Positions 49,649-59,639 of a stretch of DNA of 64,000 bases are shown piece by piece (position 1 is the stretch's first letter; every line of letters begins with the position of its first letter). Source of the stretch: Vicinamibacteria bacterium (GTDB lineage: Bacteria; Acidobacteriota; Vicinamibacteria; Marinacidobacterales; Marinacidobacteraceae); NCBI GenBank assembly GCA_964291235.2, contig OZ219815.1, positions 736,001 through 800,000 on the forward strand. The letters run 5' to 3'. A program made the translations under genes and the position numbers. Under the pieces are notes generated by a model. That model saw only the letters and a list, made by a program, of their open reading frames with translations. It was not told the DNA's origin and searched no databases.

Positions 49649-51874
49649 TTACGGATCGACTTCGAAGACGAAGCGCATGCCGGCTTCGAGGTGCTCGGCG
49701 ATGTGGCAGTGGGCCATCCACTTCCCCGGGTTCGTGATCTCGAGCAGGAGGTCCACGGTTTCTCCGGCGGGGATGAGCACCGTGTCCTTGAAGACCTGAT
49801 TCGTGACCGGCGTGCCGTTCCGGCGCAGCACCAGGAAACGCTGGCCGTGGATGTGGAAGGGGTGCTGCATCGCGTGGAGCGCCGCGGCGTCGTTTCCGAT
49901 GCGGATCGTCACGACGTCGCCGATCCGGAAGCGCCAGGCGATATCCATGTCCTCATGGCCGGTGGCCGGTTCGCGCACGATCCAGCGGACCTCCTCCGGG
50001 GTGGCCACCGAGTTCATCATCGGCATGGTGTCCGCCCACTCGACCGCCGGGAAGAACACCCGATCGGCACGCATGCGCTGCATGATGGCCGGCTCGAGCC
50101 CGGCGACATCCATGGTGAGCAGGAGTTCGTAGTCCGGGGCGCGGTCGAAATGAGCGCGGAAGCGGTCCACATCCTCCACGACCGGGGCGTTTTCCCGTAA
50201 CGCCTCGTAGTCCGGGGCGCCCGCCGGATCGGCGTCGCGGTCGCGGACGGTCACCGTCCCCAGCCGGGTCACCCGGGAGAAATAGCTCCCGAAGGTGTGC
50301 TCCAGCGGACGCACCCGGTTCTCGAGGGCGTGCTCTCCCGCGGACTCGTAGCGAACCTCCACGATGTAGCGCTCGGCCGGGGCCAGCGTCACCGAATCCA
50401 CCCAGGTCTCGCGTTCGAACTTGGAGAGGTCCGACCCCACGACCTTGATCCGGTGCGTCCCCGGCTCGCCGAACGAGAGGTTGAAGGTGCGCGTGTTCGA
50501 GACGTTGGTGAGGAAGAAGCGGACGACCTCGCCGCGATCGAGACGCACCTCGTACCCGGGTTCGCCGTTGACCAGCATCAGGTTGCCGAAACGCCCCATG
50601 AGCGAGTGGGTGGCGCGCTCGGTCCCCCAGGGAAAGAGCCCCCCGTCGTCGGCGACCAGCAGGTCGTCGAGCATGAGGATCTCCTCGCGGTGGACCGGGG
50701 CGTACCACTCGTCCGGCGGCGCCTCCACCAGCATGTTCCCGTAGAGCCCGAGGTCCTGCTGCACCTCCTCGCGGTGGTGCGGGTGGTACCAGTAGAGACC
50801 GGCGTCCGGAAAGAAGATCCGGTACTCGAAGCGTCCGCCGGGGGGCACCGGATCCTGGGTCAGGTGGGGCACGCCGTCGAAGGCGTTGTCGAGCCGCACC
50901 CCGTGCCAGTGGATCGCCGTCGGCCAGGAGGTCTGGTTCTCGAAGTTGACGAAGATCGTCGAGTCCTGGTCCACGTGGATGAGCGGTCCGGGGTACTGCT
51001 CGTTGAACCCGTACATCACGTAGTCGCGGCCGTGGATGGTCCTCCGGACCCGGCCCGCGATCAGGTCGAGCGTCTGGCCGTCCTGGAGGCGCACGACCTG
51101 CGAGGGCACGGCGTCCGGGAGCGTTTCGTCGGCGGTCACCCGGGGCAGGAACGGCAGCGGCTCCGGCCGCAGGTGGCCGAGGCCGGGGACCATGGGCGTC
51201 TCCGGCAGCATCGGGGGATGGGACCAGGCGGGCGCGTCGGAGGCTGCCCCGTGCCCCATCGCGGCGTGATCCATCGCCTCGTGATCCATGGTCAGCGCGC
51301 CGCTCTCGCCGCTGCCGCTCACCGGCACCATGAGGTGGTTGTCGGGAAGGATGCGGGTTGAGGGCGATGCGCCGCGGAGCGCCAGCCGGCCGGTCCGGGT
51401 CTCGACCGCCGCCGAGGACTCGGCGCTCACCAGGATCACGAACTTGTCGAAGGCGACCGGCCCGAGGCCCGCGAAGGTTCCGTTCCCGACCTCGCCGAGC
51501 CGGACCACCGGGTCCATGACCGGAGTGGTCGCCCACGCCACGTAGGTCTCGAAGTCGCCGAGCGAGCCGGGCTCGGGAAGTCCCTCGATCTCCAGGTCGA
51601 GCCGGTAGCGCTGGCTCCCGTCCCGGGTCACCGAGACGCCGAAGGGGCTCGGATCCCAGCGGAGGAAGGCGGTACCGCCCGCGGGCGCCAGGTCCGGGGT
51701 CGGGTAGAGGGCGATGCGGTTGAGACCGGGGGCGCCCCAGTCCTCGCGGTCAGGCGCGGGAGGCTGGGAGGCGGCTGGCGGCGGATGCAGCAAAGCCGCC
51801 GCCCAGAGGATGAGCAACGGCACGATCCGGCGGCTTCCGGCGCTTGGCGGCAACCTCTTCTTCTCCTGGCGCAT
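49649..51874 (-). CDS. Multicopper oxidase with an extra N-terminal domain and Met/His linker
   Basis: IHWHG, WYHPH, HPFHIHG, HCHIAEHLEAGM. Confidence 0.93.
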   Translation of the reverse strand: MRQEKKRLPPSAGSRRIVPLLILWAAALLHPPPAASQPPAPDREDWGAPGLNRIALYPTPDLAPAGGTAFLRWDPSPFGVSVTRDGSQRYRLDLEIEGLPEPGSLGDFETYVAWATTPVMDPVVRLGEVGNGTFAGLGPVAFDKFVILVSAESSAAVETRTGRLALRGASPSTRILPDNHLMVPVSGSGESGALTMDHEAMDHAAMGHGAASDAPAWSHPPMLPETPMVPGLGHLRPEPLPFLPRVTADETLPDAVPSQVVRLQDGQTLDLIAGRVRRTIHGRDYVMYGFNEQYPGPLIHVDQDSTIFVNFENQTSWPTAIHWHGVRLDNAFDGVPHLTQDPVPPGGRFEYRIFFPDAGLYWYHPHHREEVQQDLGLYGNMLVEAPPDEWYAPVHREEILMLDDLLVADDGGLFPWGTERATHSLMGRFGNLMLVNGEPGYEVRLDRGEVVRFFLTNVSNTRTFNLSFGEPGTHRIKVVGSDLSKFERETWVDSVTLAPAERYIVEVRYESAGEHALENRVRPLEHTFGSYFSRVTRLGTVTVRDRDADPAGAPDYEALRENAPVVEDVDRFRAHFDRAPDYELLLTMDVAGLEPAIMQRMRADRVFFPAVEWADTMPMMNSVATPEEVRWIVREPATGHEDMDIAWRFRIGDVVTIRIGNDAAALHAMQHPFHIHGQRFLVLRRNGTPVTNQVFKDTVLIPAGETVDLLLEITNPGKWMAHCHIAEHLEAGMRFVFEVDP

Positions 51875-51950
51875 GGCAGTGGTTTCGGGATTCGAATGGT
51901 ACCGGCGGGGTGAGCGCAACCCGCGGCCCGGAGGCTGTTAGATTGCGAAG

Positions 51951-52568
51951 ATGACCGGCGTACGAATCCTCTTTCTCAGCGGCGCTCTGGCGACGCTCTC
52001 ACTCCCCGTAGCGGCGGAGGACGAGACCCTCGTTCTCGACAACGACTACGCTGCGGTGCACCGCAACGCCGCGCCGTGCGCGGACGCGGGTCCTGGCTGC
52101 GGGGAGCGGATCATCGTCGCTTTCGGCGAACTCAGCGTCGTGCCCGCGAACGGCTCGCCGGTCCCGCTGGCCTACGCCGAGGTCTTCGTGGCGCCGGCGG
52201 GCGCGACGTATGAAGTCCGGGGCTCGGAATTCGCCGAAGTCAACCTGAAGCCCGGTCCCCCGCCGGTGGATGGGCCGGAGGTCGCGATCGCCGCGGGGAA
52301 GAACGAGCGGCTTCACGACGCCGAGGACTACTTCGTGTTCGAGGAGCGGCTCGAACCGGGCGACACCCGGGAACGTCACTCGCACGCCCAGCGGGTGGTG
52401 CTGGTGATGGGGGCCACCGAACTCCAGCAGTGGCCCGACGGCGCCGACGAGGTCTTCAAGACCCAGGTCCCCGGCACCATCAAGTTCAACCCGCCGGTCG
52501 TGCACATCGTGAAGAACACCGGGGACGCGCCGCTCCGGAACATCGTCATCGAGCTGATTCCCCGCTGA
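51951..52568 (+). CDS. Secreted cupin-like protein
   Basis: Signal peptide; LEPGDTRERHSH...HIVKNTG. Confidence 0.7.
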   Translation: MTGVRILFLSGALATLSLPVAAEDETLVLDNDYAAVHRNAAPCADAGPGCGERIIVAFGELSVVPANGSPVPLAYAEVFVAPAGATYEVRGSEFAEVNLKPGPPPVDGPEVAIAAGKNERLHDAEDYFVFEERLEPGDTRERHSHAQRVVLVMGATELQQWPDGADEVFKTQVPGTIKFNPPVVHIVKNTGDAPLRNIVIELIPR

Positions 52569-52571
52569 TCA

Positions 52572-54852
52572 GTGAACCGCTGGGTGGCAGCTTTCGCCGC
52601 GGCGCTCGTGGCGGGAGCCGCCGCCGCGGACACGCGCGTGACGGGCCAAGTGGTCATCGCCACCAGTGGAGCACCCGCCGCGGGCGCCGAAGTGGTGCTG
52701 GCGGAGTCGGGCCAACGCACCCATACCAATGGAGAGGGGCAGTTCGTCTTCGAGCAGGTGGACCCGGGCGCCGGCATCACCATTCACGTTCATCTCGGTC
52801 TGCTGGTCGGGGAATCGGTATTCGTTCCGGACCTCCCATCCGGGACTGAAATCGCGCTCCCCGACCCGATTCGCATCGCCTTTCTGGGTACCCGGCACGA
52901 ACACGTCACGGTGACCGCTGCCTCCGGTGAGCCCTCGGGGTTCGGAGTCTTCGGATCCGTGTCCTCTTTCGAGGATCTCGAGCTACTGGAGGGGGCTCCG
53001 AGCCTCGCCGAGCTGCTCGAAGGCACGCCCGGCGTCGCGATCCGCAGCCTCGGTCCGGGGCCTGCCCGCCCCATCATCCGGGGGTTCGACGGCGACCGGG
53101 TGCTGGTCACCGAAGACGGCGTGCGCACCGGAGACATCGGAAGCCAGGCCGCCGAGCAGGGAACGATCGCGGATCCCACCCAGGCGGAGCGGATCGAGGT
53201 CGTACGGGGGCCGGCGGCCCTCCTCTACGGGACCAACGCCGTCGGGGGGGTGGTGAACCTGGTCTCCATGGGTTCTCGGCTGGCGCACGGAGAGATCTCC
53301 GGATTCCAGGGCCGCGCCAGCGTCAGCGCGGCAAGCGCGGACGATGGGCGCTACGGCGGCGCGCGGGTCCGGACGGGCGGCGGGGGATGGTTCGCGTGGG
53401 GCGGCGGCAACACCCGGAGAACCGGTGACTACCGGTCGCCGGTGGGCCGCATCGCCGGCTCCCGGACCGCCCTCGGCCAGGGCGAGGCGGGTTTCGGGCT
53501 CCTGAGCGACCGCGCCTACCTCTCGGCCGGCGTCCGTCTCGACGACAGCGAGTACGGAGTGCCGCTCGCGGGAATGCTCCACGGCGCCGAGGCAGAAGAG
53601 CTCGAAACCGTGGACGTGGCGATGCAGCGACGCCAACTGCGCACCGATTTCGGACTCCGTGGCCTCGGAGACATCTTCGAATCGGCGGCGTTCACGGTGC
53701 GCTACAGCGCGTTCGGCCAGGACGAGATCGAGAAGGAGGGGGACGGCCCTCCCGAACTCGAAACCCACCACGACAACCGCTCGCTGGTCTTCCGGGGCGA
53801 GCTCGAACGATCCGCGGGCCGAATCCAGGGCCGGCTGGGCGGGTGGGCGAACCTGCGGGAGTTCACCTCGGCGGGTCCGGAGGCGCTGGCTCCCGATACC
53901 CGCCATACGGCGCTGGCCGCTTTCGCGCTGGGCGAACTCCAGGCCTCGGACCGCCTCAGCCTGCTGCTCGCCGCCCGGGTCGAGAACAACGCCTATGACG
54001 CTGATGACCGTCCGGAGCCGGGTGAAGCCGACGATGATGACGACGACGGGGCACCGGAGGAAGACGGAGACTTCGAACCGCCCGCGGTGGTGGACCGCGA
54101 GTTCCTGGGCATTTCGGCGAGCGCCGGGTTGCGAGTGGACCTGGGGGCGGAGAGCGCCCTCGTCGGCACGGCGACGGTCTCGACCCGCGCCCCGGCGCTG
54201 GAGGAGCTCTACAACTTCGGTCTCGATGCCGGCACCCAGGCCTTCGAGATCGGGAACCCGCTGCTGGAGGCGGAGCGTTCCCGCGGATTCGATCTGAGCC
54301 TCCGGCGCGACTCCGACACCTTCGCCGGCAGCGCCGGCGTCTTCTGGTACGGGATCGCGGGCTTCACCTACGGGGCGACGACCGGAGGCCGCGGCGGGGT
54401 GACGGTGATCTCGACGGAACAGGCCGATGCGCGGCATCTCGGTTTTCGAGGTGGACGGACGGGTGCGGCTCGGGGCCGCCGATCTCACCGCGAGCGCTTC
54501 CCGGGTCGATGCGAGGTTCCCCGAACTGGGACAGCACGCGCCGCGGATTCCGCCGCTGAGCGGTCAGGTGGCGCTGGACCTTCCGGTGGGGGGCCTGCGA
54601 ATCGCGCCGCGGCTGCGGTGGGCCGCCCGTATGGATCGCCTCTACGCCGGGGAGACGCCCACGGACGGGTACACGGTCCTCGACCTGACGGTCTCCTGGC
54701 TGCTCCTCACCGGGAACGCGACCCACCACGTCTCGGTGGTGGGCCACAACCTGACGGACGCCGTGTACCGGCACCACACCTCGGTGATCAAGAACGTGGC
54801 GCCGCAGGTGGGACGGGGAGTGCGGGTCAGCTATTCGGTCCGGTTCTTCTAG
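52572..54852 (+). pseudogene. TonB-dependent receptor (ZnuD-like) with a +1 frameshift at 54443-54446
   Basis: Plug ARPIIRGFDGDRV, IEVVRGPAALLYG. GGT-TTT-C has an extra T relative to GFE in the paralog; the 3' part (FEVDG...SVRFF) is in another frame. Confidence 0.8.
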
Positions 54853-55210
54853 AGCGGATTTCTCATACTCACGGCCAGCCAGGTCCGTCCCGCCGCCCGC
54901 CTGCGGCGGGCTGTGCCGGCCTGGAGGCCGGCGTTCCCGTGCCTCCGTGACGTCAGCGCTGGGGGGATTCCGTCCCGCCGCCCGCCTGCGGCGGGCTGTG
55001 CCGGCCTGGAGGCCGGCGTTCCCGTGCCTCCGTGACGTCAGCGCTGGGGGGATTCCGTCCCGCCGCCCGCCTGCGGCGGGCTGTGCCGGCCTGGAGGCCG
55101 GCGTTCCCATGCCTGCACGACGTCAGGGCTGGGGGGATTCCGGCCTGCCGCCCGCTTGCGGCGGGCTGTGCCGGCCTGGAGGCCGGCGCTCCGACTCGGT
55201 CCGGCTCTAG
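54849..55210. repeat. 85-bp tandem array (about 3.6 copies) of the type-B REP module, bounded by CTAG-containing MITE-like ends
   Basis: Unit starts at 54885, 54970, 55055 and 55140; left end CTAGAGCGGATTTCTCATAC. Confidence 0.88.
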
Positions 55211-55274
55211 AGCGACAGCCCAGTCGCCTGCTCCCCGTGCGAGTGTTAGCATCGCTGGCTACAGATTCTCCGCG

Positions 55275-55553
55275 ATGAAGCGCATCGGCCTCCTCCCCAG
55301 GTTCCTGGCGGCGGCTGCCGTGTTGGCGTTGCTGTTCGCGGTTCCGATCGGGGTGCTCGCGCACGAGCATTCCGATCAGGGCGAATCGCAGTGCCGGATC
55401 TGCAAGGTCTCCGGGTCGGAAGCCGCCGTCTTCAACGACGGACCCTCGCTGCAGGCTCCCGCGAGCGATGCCGGACTCCACATCCGTGGAGTTCAGCTCG
55501 TTCCGGATGAGCCGGCCGCGGTCCCCGGAGCGCCCCGCGCACCGCCCGCCTGA
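55275..55553 (+). CDS. DUF2946/CruR-like leader peptide (TM/signal, CxxC, C-terminal RAPP)
   Basis: MKRIGLLPRFLAAAAVLALLFAVPIGVLAHEH...CRIC...PRAPPA, 92 aa. Confidence 0.85.
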   Translation: MKRIGLLPRFLAAAAVLALLFAVPIGVLAHEHSDQGESQCRICKVSGSEAAVFNDGPSLQAPASDAGLHIRGVQLVPDEPAAVPGAPRAPPA

Positions 55554-55645
55554 GGGTCGGCACCCAGGTCGCGAACCGTTCGGCCCCGTCGGCGGCCTCT
55601 GAACGTTCGGTTCCTCCGCACCCGAAGCCCTCAGGAGGTTCCACC

Positions 55646-56185
55646 GTGCTGCGCAATCGCTCCGCTTCCTCGATGGATCACGGGGAAGCGGGAGTCGGGT
55701 TTCCTGGCGACCGCTTCTGGTTTTCCGGCAGCGCGCGGCTGGACGACTCCCGGTACGGCGTTCCCTTCACGGGTGAATTCCATGGTGCGCGCGGGCATGA
55801 AGAAGAGGGCGAATACCACGACGAGCAGGAGGGAGGGCACCACCACGCAGAAGAGGAAGGAGGCGAACGCCACGACGAAGAGGAGTTGTCGTTGGTGGAC
55901 GTCGCCATGAACCGGCGCCAGTTGCGCACCGATTTCGGAATACGGAACTTGGGGACCGTCTTCGATGAAGCCGAAATCACCGTGCGCTACAGCGACTACG
56001 GCCAGGGTGAAATCGAAACCCCGGCCGCTGGCGGTCCGGAAGAAGTCGCAACCCACTTCGACAATCGTTCCGTCGTACTCCGGGGCGAGCTGAAGAAGCC
56101 GGCTGGCAGGGTCACCGGCCGGATGGGACTAGCAGCCTGTGGTGAAACCCCGGTGAGCGCCGAAAGTGGCGAGGCGTCCGGCTGA
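55646..56185 (+). pseudogene. Internally deleted, truncated TonB-dependent receptor with a His/Glu-rich loop
   Basis: Starts like the 56877 gene (MLRNR vs MMRNR), jumps to GEAG...DDSRYGVPF, and ends inside a MITE. Confidence 0.8.
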
Positions 56186-56314
56186 CAAGGCGCGTGAGGG
56201 AGGAATACCGGGTGTATTGCGACCGAAACGCAACGATGAGCGCCGCAAGCGGCGCGGTTCAGACGGGATGCATCGCCGCTTGAACGCCGCGGGGGTTTTG
56301 CCACAGGCTGCTAG
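56129..56314. mobile_element. MITE (178 bp) with 19-bp terminal inverted repeats and CTAG flanks
   Basis: CTAG-CAGCCTGTGGTGAAACCCC ... GGGGTTTTGCCACAGGCTG-CTAG (17/19 match). Confidence 0.85.
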
Positions 56315-56324
56315 GGCTCAGGCG

Positions 56325-56440
56325 CCTTCACGCTGTCCGTGCGGTTGGAGTCCGCCCCTGACGCATGTCTCCCGACCTCATCAGCAGGTTGGTGGATCTG
56401 CGCGGCAACTCGGGCCATGGGAGTGAGAGATCCCGGCCAG
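56325..56440. mobile_element. Degenerate right-end fragment of the 42.6/48.1 kb MITE
   Basis: GTCCGTGCG...CATCAGCAGGTT...GGGCCATG...TGAGAGATCCCGGCCAG aligns by eye to about 42840-42950. Confidence 0.65.
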
Positions 56441-56504
56441 GGATGACGCAGTCGCGTTGCGCCGCGTGCGGGCGTTAGCATGGTCGGTTGCAGGTCCACA
56501 CGCA

Positions 56505-56783
56505 GTGAAGCACAACGGCCGTCCTTCCAGATTCCTGGTGGCGGCAGCGGTTTTCGCGCTCCTGCTCGCGGCCCCGCTCGGGGTGCTCGCGCACGAGGAT
56601 TCCGATCAAGCGGATTCACAGTGCCGGATCTGCAATGCCTCCGGGGTGGAAACCGCTGTCTTCCACGACGGCCCCGCGCTGCCGACTCCAGAAAGCGGCG
56701 CCGGACCCCACAGCAATGGGGTTCAGCTCGTTCCGGATCCGCCCGCCACGGCTCCCGGGGCGCCCCGCGCACCACCCTCCTGA
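56505..56783 (+). CDS. DUF2946/CruR-like leader peptide, second copy
   Basis: GTG start, ...GVLAHED...CRIC...PRAPPS, 92 aa, paralog of 55275. Confidence 0.85.
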   Translation: MKHNGRPSRFLVAAAVFALLLAAPLGVLAHEDSDQADSQCRICNASGVETAVFHDGPALPTPESGAGPHSNGVQLVPDPPATAPGAPRAPPS

Positions 56784-56876
56784 CGGTCGGCACTCCCAGT
56801 CGGGAACCGCTCGGCCCCGTCGGCGGCCTCTGAACGTCCGGTTCCTCCGTCTCCAGAGACCACCGGAGGTTCCACC

Positions 56877-59183
56877 GTGATGCGGAATCGCGTCCTTTCC
56901 TCTCCTCTTCTCCGTTCCCTCCGGCGGGCTGGTGTGCTCGCCGGCTGCCTCACCTTCGCGACCGCCGCCGGGGCTCATCCGACGATCTCGGGCACGGTGG
57001 TCATCGCCGAAACCGGGGAACCGGCGCACGACGCCGAAGTCCTGCTGATCCAGACCGGCCAGGTCGTCCATACCGACGACGACGGCCGCTTCGCGTTCGC
57101 GGACGTGGACCACATCGGTTCCGTCACGATCCACGTGGATCTCGGCTTCCTCAGCGCCGTCCGCACCGTGGTGATCGACGCTGCACAGGAGGAGGACTTC
57201 GAAATCGGCGAGCCCATCGTCCTCGGGGCGCGGCACCGGATGCACGAACGGGTCACGGTCAGCGCTTCGGCCAGCGATTCGTCGCCGTTCCAGGCTTTCG
57301 GTTCGGTGCACTCCCTGGAGGGACTTGACCTTCAGAACGAGTCGGCGCGCAACCTCGCGGAGTTGCTGGAGAGCACCACCGGGGTGGCGATGCGCAGTTT
57401 CGGACCCGGCTCGGCGCGCCCGATCGTGCGCGGCTTCGACGGGGACCGGGTGCTCATCATGGAGGACGGCGTGAGGACCAGTGATCTGGGCAGCCAGTCA
57501 GCGGACCACGGAGTTCCGGTGGACCCGCTTCAGGCCGAACGGGTCGAGGTCGTGCGGGGACCGGCGACGCTGCTCTACGGGTCGAACGCCATCGGCGGCG
57601 CCGTGAACGTGATTTCCATGGCGTCCCACCTGGCGCACTCACCGCCGCCCGGATTCCGGGGGCAGGCCAACCTCGACTACTCGACCGCCGACGAGGGCAT
57701 CAGGGGAGGCGTTCGCGCCCAGACGTCCGGCGCGGGCTGGTTCGCCTGGGGCGGGGGCAACTCGAACCGGACCCAGGACTACAACTCCCCCGCCGGGGTG
57801 GTCGAGAACTCGGGAGGTTCCATGACGCAGGGAGAGGCGGGGCTCGGCCTCTTCGGCGAGCGCGCCTGGATCTCGGGTAGCGTGCGCATGGACGACTCCC
57901 GCTACGGCGTTCCGTTCGCGGGAGACTTCCACGGGGCCAGCCACGCGGGGCACGACCACGGACCGGTCGAGGACGAGGGGGAACTGTCCGTAGACGTCAC
58001 GATGGACCGGCGGCAGGTCCGCACGGACTTCGGGCTCCGCGACCTCGGATTCCTGTTCGACGAGGCGGAATTCACGGTCCGGTACAGCGACTACGACCAG
58101 GACGAGGTCGAGGCCTTCGCGGGCAGTGGAACGGAATTCGTCGCGACCCACTTCGACAACCGATCCGTCGTCCTCCGCGGTGAGCTCAAGAAGCCCGCCG
58201 GCCGGGTGCAAAGCCGGGTCGGGGTCTGGGGACACCTGCGGGAGTACGAGGCATACGGGGAAGAGGCCCTGGCGCCCCGCACGGACCAAAACGCGCTCGC
58301 GGCCTTCACCTACAACGAAATCAAGGCGAACGAAGGACTCGATCTGCTGCTCGGAGCGCGCGTCGAGCGAAACGCCTACGACGTCGGGGAAGACAGCAAC
58401 CCGCTCCGCCCGGCGGCAGTGATGGACCGCGACTTCCTCGGCACCTCGGCGAGCGCCGGAGCCCGCCTCGCGCTGGGTGATTCCACTGCGGTGGTCGCTG
58501 TCGCCAGCCTCGCCACCCGGACGCCCTCGCTGGAGGAGCTCTACAACTTCGGCCCCCACGTCGGGAACCTGGCGTTCGAGATCGGCGATCCCCGACTCGA
58601 CCCGGAACGGTCGCGGGGGTTCGACCTGAGCCTCCGGCAGAGTTCGGAAGCGCTCACCGGGAGCGTCAGCGCCTTCCGCTACGACATCGCCGACTTCATT
58701 TTCGGAGAGGCTCGCGAAGGAATGATCAGCGGGCTGCCCGTCCTCGTATTCCTGCAGTCGGACGCGATCTACCAGGGATTCGAGGTCGAGGGACACCTGA
58801 GCCTCGGCGACGCCGAGCTGGTGGCGAACGCCGCCTACGTGGACGCCAAACTCAGCACCGGTGAGTACGTCCCGCGCATCCCCCCGCTCGGCGGACAGGT
58901 GAAGCTGGATGTCCCGGTCGGCAAGCTGCGCCTCGCTCCCCGGATGCGCTGGGCGGCGCGCATGGATCGCCTGTTTCGGGGCGAGACGGCGACCGACGGC
59001 TACGCCCTGTTCGACTTCACCGCCTCCTACGTGTTCGTCGGAGGGCACGTGACGCACAACATCTCGCTCCGCGGCTACAACCTAACCGACGCCGAATACC
59101 GGCACCACACCTCGCTGATCAAGGACCTGGCCGCCCAGATGGGCCGGGGCTTCCGGGTCAGCTATTCGCTCAGGTTCTTCTAG
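56877..59183 (+). CDS. TonB-dependent receptor (ZnuD-like, likely metal uptake)
   Basis: ARPIVRGFDGDRV, SADHG, HAGHDHG loop, GPHVG, C-terminal SLRFF. Confidence 0.92.
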   Translation: MMRNRVLSSPLLRSLRRAGVLAGCLTFATAAGAHPTISGTVVIAETGEPAHDAEVLLIQTGQVVHTDDDGRFAFADVDHIGSVTIHVDLGFLSAVRTVVIDAAQEEDFEIGEPIVLGARHRMHERVTVSASASDSSPFQAFGSVHSLEGLDLQNESARNLAELLESTTGVAMRSFGPGSARPIVRGFDGDRVLIMEDGVRTSDLGSQSADHGVPVDPLQAERVEVVRGPATLLYGSNAIGGAVNVISMASHLAHSPPPGFRGQANLDYSTADEGIRGGVRAQTSGAGWFAWGGGNSNRTQDYNSPAGVVENSGGSMTQGEAGLGLFGERAWISGSVRMDDSRYGVPFAGDFHGASHAGHDHGPVEDEGELSVDVTMDRRQVRTDFGLRDLGFLFDEAEFTVRYSDYDQDEVEAFAGSGTEFVATHFDNRSVVLRGELKKPAGRVQSRVGVWGHLREYEAYGEEALAPRTDQNALAAFTYNEIKANEGLDLLLGARVERNAYDVGEDSNPLRPAAVMDRDFLGTSASAGARLALGDSTAVVAVASLATRTPSLEELYNFGPHVGNLAFEIGDPRLDPERSRGFDLSLRQSSEALTGSVSAFRYDIADFIFGEAREGMISGLPVLVFLQSDAIYQGFEVEGHLSLGDAELVANAAYVDAKLSTGEYVPRIPPLGGQVKLDVPVGKLRLAPRMRWAARMDRLFRGETATDGYALFDFTASYVFVGGHVTHNISLRGYNLTDAEYRHHTSLIKDLAAQMGRGFRVSYSLRFF

Positions 59184-59189
59184 AGGAAC

Positions 59190-59637
59190 GCGTGGAGCGC
59201 CGGCCTCCGGCCGGCATCGCGGCCGCAGGCCGCGAAACTCCCAGACCCAGTGGTCCCCGATGACGCCGGCCCAAACGGGGACGGCGCATCGTCACACTGC
59301 CGCATAGGAGCGCCGGCTTCCAGCCGGCATCGCGGCCGCGGGCCGCGAAACTCCCCTCGCTGATGTTCCCTGCCGCACCGCAGCCCAACTCCGTGGCGCA
59401 ACGCGACTCAGGCGGACGAAGAGCGTCGCGCCGTCCCCGTTTGGGTTGGCGCCGTCAAGGCTGACTGAGTCTGGGAGTTTCGCCTCGCTGCGCTCGGCGA
59501 TGCCAGCCAGAGGCTGGCGCTCCTTGGCACGTGGGGGGCCTCGCCGTCACGGACAGCGTCCGGGCCGTGGGGAACGAACAGGTTCGGGCGTTTCGCTCCC
59601 CGGTGGGGAGCGATGCCGGCCGGAGGCCGGCGCTCCA
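59190..59637. repeat. Cluster of four type-A REP modules between convergent genes
   Basis: Variants GCCGGCCTCCGGCCGGC, GCCGGCTTCCAGCCGGC and GCCAGCCAGAGGCTGGC. Confidence 0.85.
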
Positions 59638-59639
59638 AC

